The translations under genes and the position numbers were made by a program. A DNA stretch of 64,000 bases from an uncultured Rikenellaceae bacterium. Its GTDB lineage: Bacteria; Bacteroidota; Bacteroidia; Bacteroidales; VadinHA17. The stretch is from contig CAZEUL010000018.1 in NCBI GenBank assembly GCA_964514725.1, forward strand, positions 1,211-65,210, written 5' to 3'. The notes under the pieces were generated by a model. That model was given only the letters and a program-made list of their open reading frames with translations. It ran no database searches and was not told where the DNA came from. Below, piece by piece: positions 54,773 through 64,000 of the stretch; position 1 is the first letter of the stretch, and each line of letters opens with the position of its first letter.

Positions 54773-57583
54773 TTACCTCCGGCCCCGGAACTGGTTCTTA
54801 TCAATATCTTTGACACATCTGAATCCCACAGTGGCATTTCTGTCAAATCCGGGGGAAACCAGCAACATGATCTGAGTCTTATTGAGGGGCTGCGGTCCGC
54901 CTTCAATATACCACCAGCTTGAATCAGGTTTGTAAAAACTTCCGCCTCTTATTATTAAGAAATAATATGAGCCATTAAAATACATGTCATTAGTAACCTG
55001 CCAAATGTTTCCCACAAGATCCATTACACCATAAGGACTGGCTCCTTTTGAAAAAGCATCCACCGGAGTTGATTTACCGAAAGCATTGTTGCATAATGTT
55101 GCATGAAAATCATTTCCCCATGGCCATTGTCTGTTATCTAGTCCCTGAGCTGCCAGTTGCCATTCCGGCTCTGTAGGTAGCCTTTTCCCCGCCCATTTTG
55201 CATAGGCATTCATATCATCATAACTAACATATACTACGGGGTAATTCTCCGTTCCTGGTTTATAAATACCATATTCCCAATGCCTTAAATAACGGGTGGT
55301 ATCAACTGGCTTGTACCCGGAATTTGAGATAAACTCATAATACTGTGCATTTGTTACAGGGTATTTATCAATAAGAAAGCTGTCGATCTTATGGACCATA
55401 TTACTTATGTCAGGATATGGAATGAATTCCTCCCTTGAATTGACAGAAAACCTGAATTCAGCACCGGGTATCAATACCATATTGTTTTCAGTTTTAACCG
55501 CCCTTTCAGTCCTTACAAGTTTGCTTATCAGCCACGGTTTTCCACCTTTAATTCTTAAGATATTTTCATCCCTGAGATGTTTATTTTCCAGAAGTTGAAT
55601 GACAATTTTCCCTTCATAAAATCCAAAAAGATCCATTACGGAAACAACTGTATCCGATTTAATATTTATTTCCTTTGATTCAGAACTGTAAGCTGGATTA
55701 CCTTTCCAGATCAGAATTTCACCTTGTTCTAAGCTTGAAATTGCAATCGAATCACCTTTTACAGATGATTTCAGCAAAACGGGCAATGCCGCGATGCAAT
55801 CAACCGAACCTTCTTTTCTTGTACCTGATTGATTTTGCGGCCAACCGCTGGTTACAACTGAGATTTTTAGTTTTTCATTATTAATTTCCGTTACTAGATC
55901 TTCGTGCCGCCATAATGAGACATAATGTTTTCCGCTTTCAGCTTTTGTTTTAAAAAGTTCTCCTGAAAAACCTTCATGTTTCATATTAAGTACTGTAAAT
56001 ATTTCCTTATCAGCCGATTTCCATCTATTTACAAAAATATTATCTGATGATGTCTCAATTAAAGGCGTCCAGTTTGGATCAAGAAAGGCATCATTATTCT
56101 GACGAAGGATAAATGTTGTCTCTGCCAGGAAATCAAGATCGGCTTTGTAATTTTCATTTCTGCCACCTGGTCTGAACAAATTCAGTTCCGTTCCATAACC
56201 GTTAAAAAAGGCAATTGCTATTTCCCTGTGCAGTTCATCTTCTCCCACATCACAAACCCTGAAAATAGAGAAATCTGGTTTAATGAGTTTATTAAGATTA
56301 AGTTCCGGGCTAAAATAAATTGCATTATGCACCCTGCCGGAAATTATTCCGGGCATATCCTTGGCGACTGCCATTCCCTCTGAGTACATAATAACACCTT
56401 TTCTGACACTGTCGGCCGTGTTCTGAAGCTCAATACTTGAATTTCCCCGTGTATCAAGTACCACTCCGTCGGCTTCAGTTTCGCTAATAAGCCTGGCAAG
56501 TCCTTTCATATGGTTCTCTTTTCTGGTTCTCTTATCCCATGGATTATATGAAATGAAGAATCTGGTCCCGTTTTGATGTGACAAACGCGAAAAGTTTTTC
56601 AATTGAGCTGTTCCGCCCGGAAGGTCCCTGTACAAATCCCACTGGTTTCTCTGGTCAAGCCCAAGCCGGGGCCACGTTGGCCAGATTCCATAAACATCAA
56701 TATATCCGAATTGAGTTTTACTATTTCTTAGGATATCAGGGAATGTATACTTACCTGTAAGTCTGTTATAAAATTCTCTGTCCCAAGCCATTTGTAAAAC
56801 AATGAGATAAGATTCCTTTATCCAGGCAAGATCCTGCCGTTCATAAAGGTTATTATTGAATTTTTCGAGGTCAAATAAATACTTATCCCTGAATATCTTT
56901 TTCAGTCCGTTTTGCCATTCACCAGTAAAAACTTCAAAATACATTCTGTAAATTACTTTAGCCCGAGGAGGCAACCTGGTTTTATATCTCATTCTTTCAC
57001 CTTCAACCACCTGGATACGTCTTGAAACTGCACAAATGGAAGTATCCCTATTTATATTGAACGATGCATAGCCCATTTCCCATGCATTATCAGGCAAAAT
57101 AATCCTTAACGGCCGATAGCCTGGGCGAAAGAGACAGGCACGCGCAAGGTCGGGAGGACCGTATCCGGTTATAATAACAGTCTCATTATCTTGCTCAAAT
57201 GGAATTACATTACTAATAAAAATTGTATCATCTGATACATTTTCGAATGTACAATTCCAGATTGCTGATAAAGATGTATTTTGATTAAGGATCAACCTGA
57301 CCCGGTTTTCAATTGTCAAATAATATGAAGAATCATCTTTAGAATAACTATATGAACCTGTATTAAAGTTTTTTTCATCTATAAGAAAACTTAAAATTGG
57401 TTTTTTCCGTTTAAATAACAGATTAGTGCCATCGGAAAGGACAATACTGTCGGTTTTAAGCCCAGGTCCTGGCGAAATTTTGACTTTACCAATTGTTTGC
57501 GATTTAAGAAAACATGGAACAGAAAAAATCTGGAGAATTAGTAAATATTTTAAAATCAATCTATTAATGATCATGGGAAACAT
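54773..57583 (-). CDS. Exported protein with large unknown N-terminal region and C-terminal FGE-sulfatase (SUMF1-like) domain
   Basis: Signal peptide ending KS-Q. IDKYPVTNAQY, YPVVYVSYDD, RLPTEPEWQ, DLVGNIWQ, RGGS and GFRC motifs. Confidence 0.82.
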   Translation of the reverse strand: MFPMIINRLILKYLLILQIFSVPCFLKSQTIGKVKISPGPGLKTDSIVLSDGTNLLFKRKKPILSFLIDEKNFNTGSYSYSKDDSSYYLTIENRVRLILNQNTSLSAIWNCTFENVSDDTIFISNVIPFEQDNETVIITGYGPPDLARACLFRPGYRPLRIILPDNAWEMGYASFNINRDTSICAVSRRIQVVEGERMRYKTRLPPRAKVIYRMYFEVFTGEWQNGLKKIFRDKYLFDLEKFNNNLYERQDLAWIKESYLIVLQMAWDREFYNRLTGKYTFPDILRNSKTQFGYIDVYGIWPTWPRLGLDQRNQWDLYRDLPGGTAQLKNFSRLSHQNGTRFFISYNPWDKRTRKENHMKGLARLISETEADGVVLDTRGNSSIELQNTADSVRKGVIMYSEGMAVAKDMPGIISGRVHNAIYFSPELNLNKLIKPDFSIFRVCDVGEDELHREIAIAFFNGYGTELNLFRPGGRNENYKADLDFLAETTFILRQNNDAFLDPNWTPLIETSSDNIFVNRWKSADKEIFTVLNMKHEGFSGELFKTKAESGKHYVSLWRHEDLVTEINNEKLKISVVTSGWPQNQSGTRKEGSVDCIAALPVLLKSSVKGDSIAISSLEQGEILIWKGNPAYSSESKEINIKSDTVVSVMDLFGFYEGKIVIQLLENKHLRDENILRIKGGKPWLISKLVRTERAVKTENNMVLIPGAEFRFSVNSREEFIPYPDISNMVHKIDSFLIDKYPVTNAQYYEFISNSGYKPVDTTRYLRHWEYGIYKPGTENYPVVYVSYDDMNAYAKWAGKRLPTEPEWQLAAQGLDNRQWPWGNDFHATLCNNAFGKSTPVDAFSKGASPYGVMDLVGNIWQVTNDMYFNGSYYFLIIRGGSFYKPDSSWWYIEGGPQPLNKTQIMLLVSPGFDRNATVGFRCVKDIDKNQFRGRR

Positions 57584-57702
57584 TTTAATTAAGCTTTTGA
57601 TTTTGTTGCAATTTAAAACATTGATAGAACTTAAAAAACTGTTTCCCCGTAACTGGAAATTCCATAGTTCTTAAATGGACAATAGCCATCTATTCGGAGT
57701 CA

Positions 57703-57960
57703 ATGAATGATTGCTTAATAGTTAGTATAAAAACATTGAAGAATTTGAAACTGCGGACAATTTACATATTAAATTTCCTTTTGATTCTGACTGTCTGTAT
57801 TTTGTTAACAGGAACAGGATGTACTTCGACAAAAAAAAGTCATTCTTATAATAAGAGAACGAAAGTATCACGTTCAAGCACCTCACAGCTGGGGAGAAAC
57901 CGGTACTATTTTTCACCATCTTATCAAAAAAAACTTTATAAAAGCTATAAAAGAAAATAG
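57703..57960 (+). CDS. Small, highly basic putative lipoprotein
   Basis: Hydrophobic stretch then TGTG-C, Lys/Arg-rich tail. Real start may be TTG at 57736 or 57745. Confidence 0.55.
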   Translation: MNDCLIVSIKTLKNLKLRTIYILNFLLILTVCILLTGTGCTSTKKSHSYNKRTKVSRSSTSQLGRNRYYFSPSYQKKLYKSYKRK

Positions 57961-57973
57961 TCACATTCCTGTT

Positions 57974-58747
57974 TCATTCATCGCAAAAGAAAGAAAGCCC
58001 ATCATAAGCAAGTACAATGCCGGCTGGCAGTTCTTGGGAAACATCATTATGTCTTCCCATTTGATGCCCTATGTGGGTTATAAATGCTTTCCTCGGGGAG
58101 ATCTGCCTTACAAAATCTATTGCTTCGCGAAGACTGAAATGGGAAATATGTTTCTCTTTTCTTAATGCATTAATAACAAGATATTTAACACCAATTATTT
58201 TTTCTTTCGTCTCCTCAGGAATATAATTGGCATCCGTAATGTAGGCGAAATTACCTATCCGGAAACCATAGACAGGAAGTTTGTAATGATATACTCGTAA
58301 GGGGATTATTGTAAACTGTGAAAGCTGGAAGCCATATTCCGTTATAGGATTAAGCCGCATTTTTGGTATTCCCGGATATTGATATTCAGCAAAAACATAA
58401 GAATACTCCTTTCTGACCGCTTTTTGTACGCGATCCTCAGCAAAAATATCAATTGCATCCCGGCTTTTATAATTATAAGCCCTGACATCATCCATCCCCG
58501 CAATATGGTCTTTGTGTTCATGGGTCAGGAGTATCGCATCGAGTTTGCGAACATTTTCTCTCAGCATTTGCTGCCGAAAATCCGGACCCGCATCAATTAC
58601 AAAGGATGTATTATCCTTTTCAATCAGGATTGAAGTCCTAAGTCTCTTGTCATGACTGTCTTTCGAAATACAAGTTTCGCAATCACAGGCAATTACAGGA
58701 ACTCCCTGAGATGTGCCGGTTCCAAGAAATGTGATTTTCACTCTCAA
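57974..58747 (-). CDS. MBL-fold metallo-hydrolase (PhnP/YycJ-like)
   Basis: FLGTGTSQGVP, CDC..C, IDAGPD and THEHKDHIAGMDD motifs. TTG start. Confidence 0.92.
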   Translation of the reverse strand: MRVKITFLGTGTSQGVPVIACDCETCISKDSHDKRLRTSILIEKDNTSFVIDAGPDFRQQMLRENVRKLDAILLTHEHKDHIAGMDDVRAYNYKSRDAIDIFAEDRVQKAVRKEYSYVFAEYQYPGIPKMRLNPITEYGFQLSQFTIIPLRVYHYKLPVYGFRIGNFAYITDANYIPEETKEKIIGVKYLVINALRKEKHISHFSLREAIDFVRQISPRKAFITHIGHQMGRHNDVSQELPAGIVLAYDGLSFFCDE

Positions 58748-58759
58748 ATAATTTCATAA

Positions 58760-58767
58760 CAAACCTA
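58760..58767 (-). promoter_or_regulatory. -7 box (TAGGTTTG) for the MBL hydrolase
   Basis: CAAACCTA on the + strand, 12 nt upstream of the start. Confidence 0.5.
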
Positions 58768-58862
58768 CTTTAAAAATCCCTAACTCACAACATGTACATA
58801 GATTTTGGATCAGCTTTAAAATTCTGGCATAATTAGTATTTTTACAGATCAAAGCATCTGTT

Positions 58863-59561
58863 GTGGCTGGAAAGATTTATATGATACCTGTTACGCTGGG
58901 ATCTGATGATTTCAGAAGTGTAATACCAGAAAAGGTACTTGAAATTACAAGGGGGCTAAGATACTTTGTTGTTGAAAATATCAGAAGTTCAAGGAGATAT
59001 TTAAGACTGATAGATAAAGAATTCCCAATAGCTGAAACTGTTTTCTTTGAACTTAACGAACATACTGATTCTTCAGTCCTATTCAGTTATATTGAACCTG
59101 TTTTGAAAGGGAAAAATCTTGGTATAATGAGTGAGGCAGGATTACCTGGCTTAGCTGATCCCGGAGCAAAAATCGTAGCAATGGCTCACAAGAAATATAT
59201 TAAGGTGATACCATTGGCAGGCCCGTCATCTATCATTTTGTCGTTAATAGCATCAGGATTGAATGGCCAGAAATTTACATTCAACGGCTATCTTCCTGTA
59301 AAACCAATAGCAAGAGATGCTAAAATAAGGGAGATTGAATCAAGATCAAGGGAAGGAACAGCGCAGATTTTTATGGAAACTCCTTACAGGTGCCAGAAAC
59401 TCCTGGAAGCGATTCTTAAAATATGCAACAATAATACCAGGCTTTGTATTGCAACCGATATTACAAAAGAGTCGGAAACAATTATCACTAAGACGATTTC
59501 GGAATGGAAGAAAAGTGTTCCGGATATTAACAACAGGTTATCAGTATTCATAATCCAATAG
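58863..59561 (+). CDS. SAM-dependent methyltransferase, tetrapyrrole methylase/RsmI-like
   Basis: MSEAGLPGLADPG, GPSSIILSLIASGL, FNGYLP and FMETPYR motifs. GTG start. Confidence 0.88.
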   Translation: MAGKIYMIPVTLGSDDFRSVIPEKVLEITRGLRYFVVENIRSSRRYLRLIDKEFPIAETVFFELNEHTDSSVLFSYIEPVLKGKNLGIMSEAGLPGLADPGAKIVAMAHKKYIKVIPLAGPSSIILSLIASGLNGQKFTFNGYLPVKPIARDAKIREIESRSREGTAQIFMETPYRCQKLLEAILKICNNNTRLCIATDITKESETIITKTISEWKKSVPDINNRLSVFIIQ

Positions 59562-59607
59562 ACCAGCTGCCTTTAAACCGAGTCAGATTAAATTTATCGA
59601 ACAGATA

Positions 59608-60141
59608 CTAATTGACAGTTAGTATCTGGATATTATAAATAAGGATAGCTCTTGGAGGAATTTTTTCCCCGTCGCCAATCAGACCGTAACCAAGAAAAGG
59701 AGGCAGAATAAATACTGCTTCACCTCCCTGCTTTAGCATTCTTAGGCCTTCATTAAGACCTTGTGCAAGTTCGCTTTTGCCGATTATTATTTCTTTGGGA
59801 CCAGATAAATCCGATGAATATATTTTTGTACCATCAAGAAGGGCACAGGTATAATTCATCTTTATCCTGTCATTATCGTTTATGAATTCACCTTTGCCCT
59901 CATTTTGAATCAGATACCATAACCCGGTTGGCGATTCGTTCATCTTCAGGTTTTTTCTTTCAATATAATTCTCGATAATCTCCTTGTCCTTCTGAACGAG
60001 AAAGCGATTAAGCTCAGTCATCTGTTCCACACCAGGTTTTGCAGCTTTGCCTTCACCGACGGATTGCCTTTTACAGGAGAGGCTGAACATTAGAAGCAGT
60101 ATAAAGAATACAGGCATATAAGGATGGAAATCAGGTTTCAT
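59608..60141 (-). CDS. FKBP-type peptidyl-prolyl isomerase lipoprotein (GldI-like)
   Basis: LSC lipobox, TGLWY, GLNEGL, PFLGYGLIGDGEKIPP motifs. Confidence 0.88.
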   Translation of the reverse strand: MKPDFHPYMPVFFILLLMFSLSCKRQSVGEGKAAKPGVEQMTELNRFLVQKDKEIIENYIERKNLKMNESPTGLWYLIQNEGKGEFINDNDRIKMNYTCALLDGTKIYSSDLSGPKEIIIGKSELAQGLNEGLRMLKQGGEAVFILPPFLGYGLIGDGEKIPPRAILIYNIQILTVN

Positions 60142-61156
60142 TTTTCAGCAATTCAGCATTTGCCTCAAGGGTTTGAAGAAAATAAGTTATTGTATTTTCA
60201 AGATTATCATAAAATTCACCGCCCGATGCATTCATATGTCCTCCTCCAGAGAAATACTTTGAAGCAAATGAATTGACGGGGAAGCTTCCTTTTGATCGGA
60301 AGGAAAGCTTCACAAAGCTGTCTTTTTCAACGAATAATACTGACAGAACAATACCTTTTATTGAAAGGGGAAGATTAACAAATCCCTCTGTGTCTCCCTT
60401 TACGTGATTATACTCTTCAAGATCTTTCTTAGTGAGATATATGTATGCGGTATTGTATTCAGGAAGAATTACCATGCGCTTATTCAGAGCAAGGCCCATA
60501 AGTTTCATCCTGTCTGCGGAGAAATTATTATAAACAACATTCATGATTTTCTCCCTGTCAATCCCTGAATCGAGAAGATCGGCAACAATTCTGAATGTAT
60601 TTCCTGAGAAAGCACCATGATCAAAATTACCAGTATCAGTTATTATCCCGACATAAATATTTTCAGAGAAAATTTTGTTATCGAAAGGCTTGTCATTTAT
60701 CTCACTGATTATATTATAAATAAGTTCAGCAGTAGAACATTTGGAAGGATCAGTTATTATCAGATCAGCAAAATTATCAGGATCAAGATGATGGTCAATT
60801 ATAACCTTTTTTGCCTTTGAACTGATCACCGATCTTTCAGCTTCCCCAAGTCTGCCAGGCTGATTAAAATCAAGCATTATAATCAAATCAGCTCTTTCAA
60901 TAATGCTTATACATTGTGATCTTTTTCTTATGTAAATATTAATCAGATCCGAATCAGTCATCCATTTAAGGAATTCCTGAAGGTAATTCGGAGAAATCAT
61001 TTCGACATTCTTTCCCTTGAACTTAAGGTATTGATAAAGAGCTAGTTGAGAACCAATGGCATCACCATCAGGATTTATATGACAGATAAGCACTATGTTA
61101 TCCGATGAACTAAGAAGTTTAGAAAATTGTTTTGTATATTTGCCAACTTCAATCAC
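60131..61156 (-). CDS. DHH/DHHA1 phosphoesterase (NrnA-like)
   Basis: HINPDGDAIGS, IDHH, TDTG, SFRS and GGGHMNASG motifs. GTG start. Confidence 0.93.
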   Translation of the reverse strand: MIEVGKYTKQFSKLLSSSDNIVLICHINPDGDAIGSQLALYQYLKFKGKNVEMISPNYLQEFLKWMTDSDLINIYIRKRSQCISIIERADLIIMLDFNQPGRLGEAERSVISSKAKKVIIDHHLDPDNFADLIITDPSKCSTAELIYNIISEINDKPFDNKIFSENIYVGIITDTGNFDHGAFSGNTFRIVADLLDSGIDREKIMNVVYNNFSADRMKLMGLALNKRMVILPEYNTAYIYLTKKDLEEYNHVKGDTEGFVNLPLSIKGIVLSVLFVEKDSFVKLSFRSKGSFPVNSFASKYFSGGGHMNASGGEFYDNLENTITYFLQTLEANAELLKNET

Positions 61157-61181
61157 TTTTTCTGCAGGTTTTACAAGTTGT

Positions 61182-61189
61182 CAAATATA
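61182..61189 (-). promoter_or_regulatory. -7 box (TATATTTG) for DHH-FKBP
   Basis: CAAATATA on the + strand. Confidence 0.55.
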
Positions 61190-61239
61190 GGAAAATTCCT
61201 TAAGACAGGTAGTTCCGCAGATGCCAATTATGCAATAAC

Positions 61240-61662
61240 ATGAACGGAGATTACACATTTTCTATTATTAAGCCTGATGCGATGAGGACAGGCAAAGCAG
61301 GTCCAATTCTTGCCATTATAAATGAAAACGGTTTTAAGATTGTTGCAATGAAACTTGTGAAATTGACTATTGAGCAGGCAGAAGAATTCTATGCGGTACA
61401 CAAAGGGAAACCTTTTTTTAACGATCTCGTCGAGTTTATGATAAGTGGGCCCGTAATTGTTATGATTTTAAGACATCAGAATGCAGTTGAAGAATTCAGG
61501 AAACTTATAGGTTCAACAGATCCTTCAAAAGCTGATCCAGGGACGATCAGAAAAATTTTTGCCGTCTCAGTTACAATGAATGCTGTACATGGCTCTGACA
61601 GTGATGAAAATGCCAAACGCGAATCATATTTCTTTTTTTCAGAAACTGAAAGGTTCTTTTAG
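61240..61662 (+). CDS. ndk: Nucleoside diphosphate kinase
   Basis: IIKPDA, HKGKPFF, SGPV, PGTIR and NAVHGSDS motifs. Confidence 0.97.
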   Translation: MNGDYTFSIIKPDAMRTGKAGPILAIINENGFKIVAMKLVKLTIEQAEEFYAVHKGKPFFNDLVEFMISGPVIVMILRHQNAVEEFRKLIGSTDPSKADPGTIRKIFAVSVTMNAVHGSDSDENAKRESYFFFSETERFF

Positions 61663-61738
61663 CCTCACTCATATTCAGAGTCTCCACAAATGTGCAATGC
61701 AAAAATCTGCACGAACTTAATTGAAGAATTAATGTTAT

Positions 61739-61746
61739 TAGATTTG
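61739..61746 (+). promoter_or_regulatory. -7 box (TAGATTTG) for the 588-aa gene
   Basis: Exact TAnnTTTG 10 nt before the ATG. Confidence 0.55.
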
Positions 61747-61756
61747 CTAAACTTTT

Positions 61757-63523
61757 ATGTCTGTTATGGTACCTGATTCAACACTAACCATTTCCGAAAG
61801 AAAAAAAATTGAAAGATATTCTTCTGCCTTTACCTTGTCGGATATGGAAATCTTTATTTTTCCGGAATTGTTCTATCCACTGGTTCTGGCAAACATTATG
61901 TCTCCTATTATCTGGAAATGGAGGGAGGATCCTTGGTTCAAAGGGATAGAAAGCAAGAGCTTTAATTATAAAGTCAACAGGATAAAACAATTTATCATTC
62001 AGAATTATGTTTTCAACCTCGATCTTTCAACCTGGGGATTAACAACTAAAACCAGAGAAATTTCAAGGTTCAGTGATTTTTTTGATATGGAGATGTTGAA
62101 GCAGTCAAATGCATTATTTGGATATGAAGGTGACAAGTATTACTTCGATATAGACATCAGAAAACACTTTGGCCTCGACAAATATGATTCCGACATTATA
62201 CCATACTGGAAGACTGAAACAGTAGAAGCAATGACCGCATTTGTTTACAAAGAGAACTTCAGCACCGGAGCAGGAGAATGTGTCAGTCTGTCAGCACTTT
62301 ATGCTGCCGCAATGTTTATTATCGGTAGAATTCCGCTCGACAAAATATTTCTTATTGCCACTCCATTGCATTCACAAAACTTTATTGTTGAGAAAGATGG
62401 ATTAATAACAAACAACAGGCGTATTGTTACAAAAAACATGTGGTACAATGGCACCTCACTTTCTGAAAAAGCACGACGTGCCCTAGAAAATGAAAAAGTT
62501 ACAATTGTTTCACATATATCCGGATACATACATACACTATACAAAGAAGCAACAATAAGCAGGAAAGCATATGAACTTTTTATCGTAAGGTTAAAAGATT
62601 TTCTAACTACTGAACTTAATGATCTAATTTTTATAAACTTCCTTCGGTTTAAATCAAAGTATAAATCATTGTTCCAGTATATTTGCAATTGTTCCGGGAA
62701 CCGGCGATATATAAGTCTTGAAAAAATGTTCGAATATGAACATACAAGTAAGTATAATGTAACTCGAGAGACAAGGGAATTACTTGTAAATGAAATGGAA
62801 GGAGATGAATTTCATCTGAGCCCTCTCCCAGGTAAAATTTTCCTGAATGATATTGAAAACATTTTAAGCGGATCCGGAATTAGAAATCTCCAGGACTTCA
62901 GGAAAGAATTTGAAAAATACGCTTATCATCTTCCGAAAAATAAAGTTGATGAATTGTTCTCAGATCTGAGCAGCTTCATAAGTACAGATCCAAAAATCCC
63001 CAGCGTTTCAAAATCATTTGTAACAACCATTATACCAGACATTAACGTCAACGACACACGTCAAAGTATTATTCAAAAAATAATTGATTTATCAGGCAGG
63101 TCTGAGGTAGCGCATCTTACGTTATATGTATACAGAGACATGGATAAAATTGATTGGGAACCATTTATTAAAGCTGCATTTGAAAGAAATCCTGTATGTT
63201 TTAATGATCTTAATGATAAATCAATTAAAGAAGTTTATGAATTGTTGAAAGTTATGCCTAACGATTCAATTTATGAAGGTCAAAGGCTTGCTCTTCCTGA
63301 TGAGGTCTGGAATTTCCAAAGAGGAGATGGCATTGAAAAAGCCTTATTACTCTGTGATTTCATTTTACAAAAAAACAAAAATTCTAAAATCTCCGTTGAA
63401 ATAAATATTGAAAATGTCATTGTTGATTACGATACCAGCTTGTATCAGTTCAATTCATTAAAATCGTTTAAAAGGTCTATTAAAATATCGGGGAATAAAT
63501 ATTCCGTTGAGATTTTATCTTAG
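61757..63523 (+). CDS. Hypothetical cytoplasmic protein with transglutaminase/papain-like motifs
   Basis: 588-aa ORF. GAGECVSLSALYAAA (C175), LHSQNF (H205) and a late RGDGIEKALLL motif. Confidence 0.8.
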   Translation: MSVMVPDSTLTISERKKIERYSSAFTLSDMEIFIFPELFYPLVLANIMSPIIWKWREDPWFKGIESKSFNYKVNRIKQFIIQNYVFNLDLSTWGLTTKTREISRFSDFFDMEMLKQSNALFGYEGDKYYFDIDIRKHFGLDKYDSDIIPYWKTETVEAMTAFVYKENFSTGAGECVSLSALYAAAMFIIGRIPLDKIFLIATPLHSQNFIVEKDGLITNNRRIVTKNMWYNGTSLSEKARRALENEKVTIVSHISGYIHTLYKEATISRKAYELFIVRLKDFLTTELNDLIFINFLRFKSKYKSLFQYICNCSGNRRYISLEKMFEYEHTSKYNVTRETRELLVNEMEGDEFHLSPLPGKIFLNDIENILSGSGIRNLQDFRKEFEKYAYHLPKNKVDELFSDLSSFISTDPKIPSVSKSFVTTIIPDINVNDTRQSIIQKIIDLSGRSEVAHLTLYVYRDMDKIDWEPFIKAAFERNPVCFNDLNDKSIKEVYELLKVMPNDSIYEGQRLALPDEVWNFQRGDGIEKALLLCDFILQKNKNSKISVEINIENVIVDYDTSLYQFNSLKSFKRSIKISGNKYSVEILS

Positions 63524-63805
63524 AACAATATCTTTTATCACCTCTGATCCTGCCTTTTCATTAAGTTTTTCTTTAAGGGCTTCTCTAAGCATCATCAGTT
63601 CACTCCTTACAACAGATGAATTCAGATGTACGTAAAGGATCTGATCTTTTATATAAACTTTTAATGTTCTTGAAGATATTGCCTTGCCAACTGTTTCTTC
63701 CCAAGAATTAATAAGATTAATCTCCAAAAGTTTGCCTTCCAGGTTCATTTCTTTGATATAATCTTTTAGTGCTTCAGCCAGAGAAATTGTTTTGCTGCGT
63801 CTCAT
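63515..63805 (-). CDS. DUF721 (DciA-like) protein
   Basis: SWEETVG, LYVHLNSSVVRSEL and IKDIVLR motifs. Follows recF. Confidence 0.85.
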   Translation of the reverse strand: MRRSKTISLAEALKDYIKEMNLEGKLLEINLINSWEETVGKAISSRTLKVYIKDQILYVHLNSSVVRSELMMLREALKEKLNEKAGSEVIKDIVLR

Positions 63806-63815
63806 TTTAAATCAA

Positions 63816-64000
63816 TTAGTTCCCATTTTTGATTATTTCTTCAATTCCGGAATCTCCGATTCTGAATAATCTGAAATCAATACTGACCGACTTAAGGATA
63901 TCCTCCAGCCGGTCCTGATGAGTGTCAGTGATAAATATCTGTCCAAACCGGTGATTTCCCACAAGCCTGATAATCTGGGCAACTCTTTTTGCATCAAACT
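63816..64000 (-). CDS. recF: DNA replication/repair protein RecF, 3' end (partial)
   Basis: Manual translation FDAKRVAQIIRLVGNHRFGQIFITDTHQDRL...KNGN*. QIFITDT is the RecF C-terminal motif. Not in the ORF track. Confidence 0.88.
   Translation of the reverse strand, partial: FDAKRVAQIIRLVGNHRFGQIFITDTHQDRLEDILKSVSIDFRLFRIGDSGIEEIIKNGN

Noticed and set aside
57722-57964. 80-aa minus-strand ORF
   Set aside because: Antisense to the better-supported lipoprotein-like ORF, with low-complexity composition.

Overview
AT-rich, densely coding core chromosome of a Bacteroidales-type (Bacteroidota) bacterium. The assignment rests on many TAnnTTTG -7 promoter boxes, a T9SS C-terminal domain and Bacteroidota-style TonB/ExbD, SecA and S18. 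Contents: exbD-exbD-tonB, ltaE, a sugar TIM-barrel/SSS transporter cluster, truA, exbB-exbD, an 11-subunit complex I-like nuo operon without nuoEFG, TPR-comA-aroE, argS-ffh-folD, an AmmeMemoRadiSam locus, ligA-dapA, secA, a kinase/receiver-ferritin-T9SS protease run, dnaX, rpsF-rpsR-rplI, lptD-like, amidase-mlaD, dnaA-galK, an FGE-sulfatase-domain protein, the FKBP/DHH/ndk block and the recF 3' end. I saw no rRNA, tRNA, CRISPR array, IS or prophage. Best leads: (1) an AmmeMemoRadiSam system whose soluble parts both carry export-like leaders and flank an 808-aa membrane protein with a His-paired cytochrome-b-like module and a degenerate aminopropyltransferase-like domain, suggesting a periplasmic, membrane-coupled radical-SAM system; (2) an A10 slippery site in dnaX with early stops in both shifted frames (gamma/tau recoding); (3) a 588-aa unknown protein with an apparently intact and a degenerate transglutaminase/papain-like motif; (4) Rex/Crp-like palindromes before nuoA, exbB and ferritin. 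All family calls come from motifs read by eye; no searches were run.
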